Source: a virus (lineage: Duplodnaviria; Caudoviricetes). Taken from it: a stretch of DNA of 55,335 nucleotides. The DNA is taken from IMG/VR virus record IMGVR_UViG_3300025782_000015, positions 1 through 55,335 of that record, one strand, 5' to 3'. Below, piece after piece: positions 1 to 7,598 of the stretch; the stretch's first letter is position 1; every line of letters starts with the position of its first letter. The position numbers and the translations under genes were made by a program. The notes beneath the pieces are model-generated. The model saw only the letters and a program-made list of their open reading frames with translations. It was not told the DNA's origin and ran no database searches.

Positions 1-189
1 GGAGATAAACATTTCCAAATACAAGATGTGTTTACTGTTGCTAATAGGGCAGGATTTGAGATTGATGCCAAGTGCCCACCGACATATCAAAATATTATTG
101 CCTTGTGTTATTCCAGAGGTTGGTTAAAGCCTATTGCAAATGTAACAGAACGTGAAATGATTTTTATGGGGTTAACAGATGGATCGTAA
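1..189 (+). CDS. 3' end of hypothetical protein (truncated by window edge)
   Basis: Frame 1 open from base 1 to TAA 187-189 (GDKHFQIQ...GLTDGS). Confidence 0.6.
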   Translation, partial: GDKHFQIQDVFTVANRAGFEIDAKCPPTYQNIIALCYSRGWLKPIANVTEREMIFMGLTDGS

Positions 190-343
190 AATTCGTAATA
201 AAATTTTAGAAGAATTAAGTTTAGAAGCATGGCATCATGCCATTGCTGGTCAAAAACTATTGTCACGTATTAGAGATTTTGAAACAATGTTCAAGGCACA
301 GGATGCCAGAGAGGATAAGCAGAATGAGCAAGGCAAAACATAA
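179..343 (+). CDS. small hypothetical protein (54 aa, MDRKIRNK...)
   Basis: ATG 179 overlaps previous gene end, TAA 341-343; below ORF-track cutoff. Confidence 0.55.
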   Translation: MDRKIRNKILEELSLEAWHHAIAGQKLLSRIRDFETMFKAQDAREDKQNEQGKT

Positions 344-578
344 ACCTTATCAATGGATTGATGGCGAAACTGCGGATCGTATTACTAGTCTCAACCTAAA
401 AGACTATCGTGCGTATCTTAAAAAAGAATTAAAGAATTGGAAGAAGAATCCAAAGACAGAATCTAACCCAGACGGCTATTGGCTACACCCTAGTGATGTA
501 GCACTTAACATACGCACTATTGATGCATTGGATTTAATTATTAGCCATTTTGCAGAAACATCGGATGAAATCAAATAA
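324..578 (+). CDS. hypothetical protein
   Basis: Likely start ATG 324 (MSKAKHK) after GAGGA, within ORF 237..578. Confidence 0.65.
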   Translation: MSKAKHKPYQWIDGETADRITSLNLKDYRAYLKKELKNWKKNPKTESNPDGYWLHPSDVALNIRTIDALDLIISHFAETSDEIK

Positions 579-799
579 TGTATAAAACAATTTACACAGA
601 AGTCGAAGTAGACGTTGACTTGTCAGAATTTGACACAGACGACCTAATTGAAGAATTAGAGTCACGCGGTTCGGGTGTGTTAGACTATGGAGATGGCAAG
701 GAAGTGTTAGAATCCATTTACCAGAAACGTAGACTTGGACAAGACTATCAACTAGAATTAGAAGCATTAATCTATTTAGGATTAGGAAAAATTATATGA
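578..799 (+). CDS. acidic hypothetical protein
   Basis: TAATG stop-start overlap; 73 aa. Confidence 0.7.
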   Translation: MYKTIYTEVEVDVDLSEFDTDDLIEELESRGSGVLDYGDGKEVLESIYQKRRLGQDYQLELEALIYLGLGKII

Positions 800-1386
800 A
801 GAAAGAACACGACGAATACCTATGTAAGGTATATCCAAAGATGATGGTTAATCGTAACCTACACATGACTGAAACTTGTATGTGTTGGGGATTTGAATGT
901 GGTGATGGTTGGTTCCAGATCCTTAATCAACTTATGGGTAATATTCAGCATCACATTGATTGGAAGATTAGACAGCGTGAAGTCGCTATCAAATTTAATA
1001 AGATGGCCGAACAACTCAAAGCCGGTGACTCTACATTATTCGACGAGGATATGAAAGACATGCTGAATCGAGATTACGTAGAAAAACGTAAGCAAGAACT
1101 TATCAAAGATCCCCTGCGTGAAATTCCCGCAGAAGTTCCGCAAGTAACTCTGGATCAAGTTAAAGAAAAGTTTGGCACCCTACGCTTCTACTACACAGGC
1201 GGTGACGAATATATTGCTGGGCTTGTTAGCATGGCAGAATCAATGTCAGGCGTAACTTGCGAAGAATGTGGTAAGCCCGGCACACGTACACGCGGTAGTT
1301 GGATTAAAACTGCTTGTAAAGAACATGGCGGCATTGACTTCGACGACAGTGAAGAAGACTATCTCAAACAAGGATACGAAGAATGA
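796..1386 (+). CDS. phage hypothetical protein with C-terminal Zn-finger-like motif
   Basis: QVKEKFGTLRFY block followed by CEECG...C..H. Confidence 0.7.
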   Translation: MKKEHDEYLCKVYPKMMVNRNLHMTETCMCWGFECGDGWFQILNQLMGNIQHHIDWKIRQREVAIKFNKMAEQLKAGDSTLFDEDMKDMLNRDYVEKRKQELIKDPLREIPAEVPQVTLDQVKEKFGTLRFYYTGGDEYIAGLVSMAESMSGVTCEECGKPGTRTRGSWIKTACKEHGGIDFDDSEEDYLKQGYEE

Positions 1387-1544
1387 TCACACAATTTGAA
1401 AAATGGTTTGGTATCGGACTCTTTGCTGTTATTGTACTGATGTTTGTTGGTGCAGGTTTATCATCACATCAGCGTGATAGTTGTAGATTAGAGTTAGCCA
1501 AAGCTGGTCGTAGTGCAGAAGATATTATTAAAATTTGTCCTTAA
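1383..1544 (+). CDS. small membrane protein (53 aa)
   Basis: ATGA overlap with previous stop; one hydrophobic helix (WFGIGLFAVIVLMFVGAGL). Confidence 0.6.
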   Translation: MITQFEKWFGIGLFAVIVLMFVGAGLSSHQRDSCRLELAKAGRSAEDIIKICP

Positions 1545-1553
1545 GGAATTAGT

Positions 1554-2123
1554 ATGATCTCAATGAAAGAATGGATGGAATTAGTAGACTATAAAATCAC
1601 CGAAGGTGCTGATTATGGTTGGACTTGTTACGGACCAAATGCTTACCAACTATCTAGTTGGAACGGACTTCACGATAAAGGCGGATGGAGTTTTAATATC
1701 GTGTTCAGCACTAAGACTCAAAAGGTCTACGAAGTAGAAGTATGCGACTATACCAATAGTCGAGCCTATCGTATGATTGTTGAAAACAAGCGTGAAAAGC
1801 ATCGTAAGGAAGCCTTATCTCGTAACATCAATCTAAACGAAGCATGGGACAATGTTGAGTATGTAGATTTGGAAGTTGATGACGACTTTATCCAAAAATG
1901 TTTAGCAATCAAAGAAGGTCGAGAATACAGTACAGATGTAAGCGTTCCGCTAGACTTGCCAGACGATTTGCTAATGTTTGCGTTCAAATGTGCCCATGCT
2001 GAGAACATGACATTTAACGATTGGATGAACAAGATGTTAAAAGCGTTCATTGATGAATGTAATCGCGATCCAGAAGGTGCAAAACAACGTGCTAAAGAAT
2101 GGAAGGAAAAGGAACAATGCTAG
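1554..2123 (+). CDS. hypothetical protein with possible C-terminal ribbon-helix-helix
   Basis: SD AAGGA; C-terminal VPLDLPDDL...AHAENMTFNDWM resembles an RHH/HicB-like tail. Confidence 0.65.
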   Translation: MISMKEWMELVDYKITEGADYGWTCYGPNAYQLSSWNGLHDKGGWSFNIVFSTKTQKVYEVEVCDYTNSRAYRMIVENKREKHRKEALSRNINLNEAWDNVEYVDLEVDDDFIQKCLAIKEGREYSTDVSVPLDLPDDLLMFAFKCAHAENMTFNDWMNKMLKAFIDECNRDPEGAKQRAKEWKEKEQC

Positions 2124-2515
2124 ACTGTTTGATAATAGGTGATAGTATCGCTGTAGGGACCCAAATGTTTAAAAAGGAATGTGCTATAATCGCCAAAGGC
2201 GGCATCAATAGCAAGCAGTGGCTAGATAAAAATGAAAGTAAAAGCCCCTACATAGCTAAGACAGTTATTATAAGTTTAGGCAGTAACGATCACAAGTATG
2301 TAAAAACTGAAGAAGAATTGCGTACTATTAGACAGCTTACCAAAGCTGATCGTGTATATTGGATACAGCCCGCTATCAAACCCGATATCCAAGAAATCGT
2401 TAAGAAGGTAGCCGCAGAATACGGTGATGTTGTATTGCCTATCAATCGTTTACAACCAGATGGAATCCACCCAAGTTGGGCTGGATATAAAGAAATAGCA
2501 AAGGAAACAGAATGA
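2117..2515 (+). CDS. SGNH/GDSL hydrolase
   Basis: IIGDSI, LGSND and DGIHP blocks; start ATG 2117. Confidence 0.8.
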   Translation: MLDCLIIGDSIAVGTQMFKKECAIIAKGGINSKQWLDKNESKSPYIAKTVIISLGSNDHKYVKTEEELRTIRQLTKADRVYWIQPAIKPDIQEIVKKVAAEYGDVVLPINRLQPDGIHPSWAGYKEIAKETE

Positions 2516-3108
2516 GTCTAGTACCAATTGTAGTAGAAAAATCCAGCAATGGTGAACGTGCCTATGACATTTATAGTAGGCTGTTGCGTGATCGCATTGT
2601 GTTCTTAAATGGACCTGTAGATGATATTAGTGCCAATTTAATCGTGGCTCAGCTATTGTTTTTAGAGTCAGAAGATGCAGATAAAGACATTAATTTCTAT
2701 ATTAACAGCCCAGGTGGTGTTATTACCAGTGGTATGAGTATCTATGACACAATGCAGTTTATCAAGCCAGATGTACGTACCTATGTCATGGGTCAGGCCT
2801 GTTCAATGGGCAGTTTCCTAGCACAAGCGGGTACTGCGGGCAAACGTTATATGCTACCCTATGCACGTCACATGATTCATCAGCCATCGGGCGGTGCTAG
2901 AGGTATGCAAAGTGATATCGAGATTCAGTACAAAGAGATCACTAAAATGAAACAGATCCTTACAGAATTGTATGTTAAGCACAATACCGCAGGCAAAACT
3001 TATGAAGATTTTGAACGTGATATGGATCGAGATACCTTTATGAGTGCCCAAGAAGCACTGGATTACGGTCTAATCGATGTGATCGTAGACCAACGTCCAA
3101 CAGAATAA
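2512..3108 (+). CDS. clpP: Clp protease proteolytic subunit
   Basis: [14 protein letters not shown], catalytic QACSMG, MIHQP, DRD. Confidence 0.97.
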   Translation: MSLVPIVVEKSSNGERAYDIYSRLLRDRIVFLNGPVDDISANLIVAQLLFLESEDADKDINFYINSPGGVITSGMSIYDTMQFIKPDVRTYVMGQACSMGSFLAQAGTAGKRYMLPYARHMIHQPSGGARGMQSDIEIQYKEITKMKQILTELYVKHNTAGKTYEDFERDMDRDTFMSAQEALDYGLIDVIVDQRPTE

Positions 3109-3115
3109 AAACTCT

Positions 3116-3165
3116 TGTTATTGCGCTAAATAGTAGGAATACAGCTACTATGGGGCGCAATAATG
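3116..3165 (+). promoter_or_regulatory. late-type promoter (TAAATA) inside an RBS/start-codon-masking hairpin
   Basis: TTATTGCGC(3118-3126)/GCGCAATAA(3155-3163) plus ATAGTAG/CTACTAT; TAAATA at 3127-3132. Confidence 0.7.
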
Positions 3166-4071
3166 ACAGATTTAACTACAGTTCTTCAGGTCGAAAACAA
3201 CACACTCGTTACTCGTAACGATGTAACTATCTACGGTGTACTAAACGTAGGCAAAATAAACACTAATCAATTGGTTGCAAATCAGCAATACGATAGCCAA
3301 TTTATTGAGTTTACTAATGATAATCCAACTGGTACAAATGTAGGAACAGGGTTGCTTTGGCCTCAAGCAGATATAAATGCTCAGTTTATCTACAATCAAA
3401 ATCCAGGATTTTGGTCTACAGAAAGCATCGATCTAGCAGAAGGTAAATCATACTTTATCAATGGCGCTAGCGTAATAAACTCTACTGGATTGGGCGGTAG
3501 CGTTCTAAACAGTAGTCTAACATCAGTGGGAATTTTAGAAAGCCTAACTGTACATGGACCTGTTAATTTTAACAACGTGGTCCATTTTGATGCGGCTAAT
3601 AATAAGCTAGGTATCAATATAGCAGAACCACATGGTATGCTAAGTGTCTATGATGCTATGAATGACGTTGAAGTTCTAGTTGGTGTAGACATTAATGCAA
3701 GGGGTCGCATTGGTACACACCATGCACGATCATTTGATATCATCACAGACGAGCTAGCTCGTATATCTGTAGAAGGCAACGGTGATATAACATTAGGTCA
3801 GCCAAATAATAGTAACACTAAGATTACAGCATTTGGTAACGTAGGTATCAATGTCAACAATCCTCGCGAACAATTAGAAGTAAGTGGCAACATTCGTTTT
3901 GCTAACAAACTAATGGCTACAGGAGATGCTCCTCCAACTAGCGGTGCATATACCATCGGCGATATAATCTATAACACCGAACCAAAACCAAATGGTTATG
4001 TAGGTTGGATCTGTACTGCAACAGGCAATCCAGGTACATGGTATCCATTCGGATTGATCGCTTCTGCTTAA
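3163..4071 (+). CDS. virion structural / tail fibre-like protein
   Basis: N/G/T-rich; SSLTSVG and GNVGI...P...L.V.G fibre-type repeats; C-terminal GWIC...G.PG.W..FG. Confidence 0.6.
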   Translation: MTDLTTVLQVENNTLVTRNDVTIYGVLNVGKINTNQLVANQQYDSQFIEFTNDNPTGTNVGTGLLWPQADINAQFIYNQNPGFWSTESIDLAEGKSYFINGASVINSTGLGGSVLNSSLTSVGILESLTVHGPVNFNNVVHFDAANNKLGINIAEPHGMLSVYDAMNDVEVLVGVDINARGRIGTHHARSFDIITDELARISVEGNGDITLGQPNNSNTKITAFGNVGINVNNPREQLEVSGNIRFANKLMATGDAPPTSGAYTIGDIIYNTEPKPNGYVGWICTATGNPGTWYPFGLIASA

Positions 4072-4095
4072 TCTACTAGTTAAATTCCCTCGATA

Positions 4096-4122
4096 CCCAA
4101 AGTAAATATGTTTACTTATGGG
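4096..4122 (+). promoter_or_regulatory. late-type promoter inside an SD-masking hairpin
   Basis: CCCA-AAGTAAA/TTTACTT-A-TGGG stem; TAAATA 4103-4108; SD GGGAG overlaps the 3' arm. Confidence 0.6.
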
Positions 4123-4131
4123 AGCAACATC

Positions 4132-4458
4132 ATGGATAAAACACTATCACACCACTTAACAGAACTTCAGGCAATCAACAAGCAAAGAAAATATTGGCTA
4201 GTATTGAGCATGTTCGTCTTGATCATCATTTCATACATCATATTCGATTGGACAAAAATAACTAAAGATCAATGGTACTTCTGGATTTTGATAAGTCTAG
4301 GTTTAACCATATCTGTTGTATGGTGGTACTGGACCATGCGAGTCGTTAGAATAATGTTACATCATAGATTAGAAGAAACCGAAATCCTACACGATTTGGT
4401 TTTGGATATCAAGGACATTAAGAAAAATGTCAAAGAGTACTTGACACCTAATAAATAA
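4132..4458 (+). CDS. two-TM membrane protein (possibly holin/antiholin-like)
   Basis: ATG 4132 after GGGAG; two hydrophobic helices. Confidence 0.6.
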   Translation: MDKTLSHHLTELQAINKQRKYWLVLSMFVLIIISYIIFDWTKITKDQWYFWILISLGLTISVVWWYWTMRVVRIMLHHRLEETEILHDLVLDIKDIKKNVKEYLTPNK

Positions 4459-4470
4459 CCATGTTATAAT
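4441..4470 (+). promoter_or_regulatory. sigma70-type promoter for queD
   Basis: TTGACA-N18-TATAAT with TGn extension. Confidence 0.8.
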
Positions 4471-4487
4471 ATCTATAACACACAGTT

Positions 4488-4532
4488 AGTCGTCTTACAT
4501 GGCATTCATCCGACTTTAAATATTCTGCATGT
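4488..4532 (+). ncRNA. candidate cis-regulatory pseudoknot (preQ1-I riboswitch-like) in queD leader
   Basis: AGTCG/CGACT stem interleaved with ACATGGCA/TGCATGT stem; CATCC just before the 3' strand of stem 1; about 90-nt leader. Confidence 0.5.
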
Positions 4533-4567
4533 CATCAAACTTGCTACTTTTTAAAAGGAGACTAGAG

Positions 4568-5098
4568 ATGGCAAAATTCTACTCAACAAAAACTTACGGC
4601 AACGACAGAGGTCTGTCTTGCTGTTTTAGACAATGGCGTGCCACGCACAGCCACTGCTCAACATTACATGGATACTCAATTGGTATCAAACTAATCTTTG
4701 AATGCGATACACTAGACGAAAAGAACTGGTGTATGGACTTTGGTGGACTTAAAGAATTCAAAGCGTGGGCCGACTATATGTTTGATCACACACTAGTTAT
4801 TGCAGAAGATGACCCACATTTGAAGTTCTTCCAACAAATGGCTAATATGGGAAATATCCCAAGTTCAGGTAGTGGCGACCAAGGTTTCGATAAACTAGAA
4901 CCATATCAACGTGGTGCTTTATGTGATTTACGTATTGTACCCGGTGTAGGCTGTGAAATGTTTGCCAAACTTGCATACGACAAGATGGCTGAACTATTAG
5001 TGTCTGGTAATATGCGTTATCCAATTAATCCAACCGTTAGGATCAAATCAGTTGAAGTATTTGAACATGGTGCTAATTCGGCTACGTACGAAGGATAG
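4568..5098 (+). CDS. queD: 6-carboxy-tetrahydropterin synthase (QueD/PTPS family)
   Basis: SHCSTLHGY (CxxxHG), DFGG, FDHT, GCE, VEVFE; SD AGGAG, ATG 4568. Confidence 0.88.
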   Translation: MAKFYSTKTYGNDRGLSCCFRQWRATHSHCSTLHGYSIGIKLIFECDTLDEKNWCMDFGGLKEFKAWADYMFDHTLVIAEDDPHLKFFQQMANMGNIPSSGSGDQGFDKLEPYQRGALCDLRIVPGVGCEMFAKLAYDKMAELLVSGNMRYPINPTVRIKSVEVFEHGANSATYEG

Positions 5099-5113
5099 AT
5101 TTTACCAAAATGA

Positions 5114-5142
5114 TTGACCTTTACCTGGCTGTATTGTATAAT
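5114..5142 (+). promoter_or_regulatory. sigma70-type promoter
   Basis: TTGACC-N17-TATAAT, flanked by TTTTACCA/TGGTAAAA inverted repeat. Confidence 0.7.
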
Positions 5143-5171
5143 GTAGTATATGGTAAAAAAGGAGGCCCATT

Positions 5172-5393
5172 GTGGCTAGTAGATATCATTGGATTAAAAC
5201 TATTGTAGAAGATGAAAACGGCGAGTTCGTTATAGATATTAAAGAAGCCTGTGACGAGCTTGGCTGGAAAGAGGGCGATGTTATCGAATGGATCGATAAC
5301 AACGATGGCACTTGGACTATCAAAAAGAAAGATGACACATGCTCAAAAGAATCGGATTCGCCTGCAAGTGGATTGACGGACCCAGCCAAATAA
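5172..5393 (+). CDS. AbrB/MazE/SpoVT-type DNA-binding protein
   Basis: LGWKEGDVIEW..N.DG.W.IKK swapped-hairpin pattern; strong SD GGAGG, GTG start. Confidence 0.75.
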   Translation: MASRYHWIKTIVEDENGEFVIDIKEACDELGWKEGDVIEWIDNNDGTWTIKKKDDTCSKESDSPASGLTDPAK

Positions 5394-6364
5394 ACGGCAT
5401 CAAACAAACCGATACTGCACGAAAATATAACACTGGTACAACTACAGTTCGTTGGTTAAATAATCAATCAAAGGACGTAGCGGAACAAAGATTATGGGAC
5501 CTAATGGTAGGCAATATCGAAGCAGTTTACAGGTTAGTAGAACGTGTCAGTGAACTTGAGCCTAGCCTTAGGATGGTTCGGATTAGTAGTGACATTCTGC
5601 CTGTTTATACTCACGCTGACTTTGCTTACTATTGGCGTCAACCTAGTGTTATTTCATACTGCGAAACCCACCTTAAGAGAGTGGGCGATCTTGCTAGGGA
5701 TCGCAATGTTCGGTTATCTATGCATCCAGGGCAGTTTACTGTCTTGGCAAGTGATAATCCAGGCATTGTCGAACGTTCAATTCAAGAGTTCGAATACCAC
5801 ACAGACCTCGCCCGCTGGATGGGATACGGACAAAAGTTCCAAGACTTCAAGATCAATGTTCACATCAGCGGAAGGCAAGGTCCGGAAGGTATTAGACGTG
5901 CCTTAACAAAATTGAGCCCAGAGGCTCGTAACTGTATTACTATCGAAAATGAAGAAAACTCATGGGGGTTAGATGACTGCCTTACTATTAGCGATATCGT
6001 TCCTATTGTGCTCGATATACACCATCATTGGATTCGCGAAGGGGAATATATCTCTCCGAGTGATGATCGCGTTAAGCGTGTTGTGGATAGCTGGCGCGGG
6101 GTGCGCCCTACTTGTCATTATTCAGTATCTCGTGAAGATATCCTTGTGGGGCATGACCAGTTTACCGCACCTATTTATGCCCAACTACTTTTAGAAGGTT
6201 ACAAAAAGCAAAAATTACGTGCCCATAGTAACTTCTATTGGAATCGAGCTGTCAACGATTGGGCATTGACATTCCTTGATCAATTTGATATTATGTGCGA
6301 ATCAAAAGGCAAAAACTTAGCCAGTCACGCATTATATAAATATCATACATGTACAGTTTCATAA
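5339..6364 (+). CDS. uvsE: UV damage endonuclease (UvdE/UvsE family)
   Basis: RIGFAC, RISSDILP, SMHPGQF, IENEE, LDIHHH, H(S) and CE.K motifs. Confidence 0.92.
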   Translation: MLKRIGFACKWIDGPSQINGIKQTDTARKYNTGTTTVRWLNNQSKDVAEQRLWDLMVGNIEAVYRLVERVSELEPSLRMVRISSDILPVYTHADFAYYWRQPSVISYCETHLKRVGDLARDRNVRLSMHPGQFTVLASDNPGIVERSIQEFEYHTDLARWMGYGQKFQDFKINVHISGRQGPEGIRRALTKLSPEARNCITIENEENSWGLDDCLTISDIVPIVLDIHHHWIREGEYISPSDDRVKRVVDSWRGVRPTCHYSVSREDILVGHDQFTAPIYAQLLLEGYKKQKLRAHSNFYWNRAVNDWALTFLDQFDIMCESKGKNLASHALYKYHTCTVS

Positions 6365-6894
6365 GACAAATTACCGAAGGCAGAGTAGGCAAAACACTAG
6401 AGCGTGTTAAGTTATCCTACGATTTAAAAGACCTAAATCCCAGCATTAGTGAAGATACCATGGATTATCACTATGGTAAGCTATACAAAGCCTACTGCGA
6501 TCGTTACAACAATGGTGAAGGTGATGCTGATTTCAATGAAGCAGGTGCATACCTTCATTCTATCTACTTTCCACAATTCCAATCTGCAACCGGTTCTAAC
6601 AAACCAGACGGTGCTGTGCTTTCGTTAATCGAAGAGAATTACAAATCCTGGGATAAGTTCCAAGAAGCATTTGAAAAAGCCGCAATGGCTATCCAAGGTA
6701 GCGGATGGGTTTATCTAGCTAAAGACGGAGAAATTAAGACCATAAAAAACCACCAAATCAAGAAGGACATTGTAATCCTTATTGACTGGTGGGAACACTC
6801 ATGGGCCCTTGATTATCAGGCAGACAAAAAAGCCTACCTAAAGAATCAATGGAAGATTATTGACTGGTCAATAATCAACGCAAGACTTACTTAG
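6349..6894 (+). CDS. sod: Fe/Mn superoxide dismutase (atypical second sphere)
   Basis: TMDYH, YLHSIYF, GSGW, DWWEH; TATAAATA at 6335-6342 upstream. Confidence 0.88.
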   Translation: MYSFIRQITEGRVGKTLERVKLSYDLKDLNPSISEDTMDYHYGKLYKAYCDRYNNGEGDADFNEAGAYLHSIYFPQFQSATGSNKPDGAVLSLIEENYKSWDKFQEAFEKAAMAIQGSGWVYLAKDGEIKTIKNHQIKKDIVILIDWWEHSWALDYQADKKAYLKNQWKIIDWSIINARLT

Positions 6895-7174
6895 CTTTTG
6901 GTTTACGAGTAGTAGTCTTCTTAGCAGGCGCTGTTTTAGATGGCGCTTTTTTTGCGGCTTCTGCTTTTGGCTTACGTGGGGCACGTGGCTTTTTAGCAGG
7001 AGCGATAGACTCTACCATCGCTTGAGAAGCTTCTTCAACAACTGGTGTTGGAGTAGGTTCTACAGTTTCAACTTTGTATGGTACTGGCTCAGCGACTTCA
7101 GCAACTTTTGGTTTTCTGCTAAAGAATACTAACGCAACAATAATCACAAAAATAATACCGATAATGATTTCCAT
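6887..7174 (-). CDS. membrane-anchored protein with K/A/P-rich basic tail
   Basis: N-terminal TM helix; SD AAGGAG; TAAATA on minus strand 7202-7207. Confidence 0.75.
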   Translation of the reverse strand: MEIIIGIIFVIIVALVFFSRKPKVAEVAEPVPYKVETVEPTPTPVVEEASQAMVESIAPAKKPRAPRKPKAEAAKKAPSKTAPAKKTTTRKPKAK

Positions 7175-7240
7175 TTGGGAATCTCCTTTATATACAGCTT
7201 TTATTTACTATCAATAAGATTACAGATGGAAATTCTGGTT

Positions 7241-7528
7241 TTACAATTTGCTGATGTCATCGCCCAGACTAGCGGGCTTATTCCATATTACTTTCTTATC
7301 AACACCTTTCTTTTGAGCAAATTTTTTTGGATCGCATTTTTCACAACAATGGAAGTAGGCATTGCTTAACCTCTTGGGCTCCATCTTAGCCGCAGGTCTT
7401 TCGAATATTTCATTGCAGTTATCACATCTGAAAACAGCAATAGTTTTTAACCTCTTATACGTATGAGAGTTGCCTAATTTGCTTTCTCGTATATAGGCTG
7501 TTAAAACCTTAATTGTTTCTATGAACAT
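7241..7528 (-). CDS. zinc-finger protein
   Basis: CDNC...CCEKC; likely start ATG 7528, 5 nt after minus-strand TAAATA. Confidence 0.7.
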   Translation of the reverse strand: MFIETIKVLTAYIRESKLGNSHTYKRLKTIAVFRCDNCNEIFERPAAKMEPKRLSNAYFHCCEKCDPKKFAQKKGVDKKVIWNKPASLGDDISKL

Positions 7529-7598
7529 AACTGTATTTACATTAGGATTATAAAAATAATTGGTAAATATTGGAAACACGCCTTAGAGGAAGATTTAG

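Noticed and set aside
2181-2190. TGnTATAAT promoter inside the SGNH gene
   Set aside because: Intragenic with no convincing -35; may be chance in AT-rich DNA.
4529-4567. Upstream ATG 4529 as the queD start
   Set aside because: No SD there; ATG 4568 has AGGAG and matches the family N-terminus.
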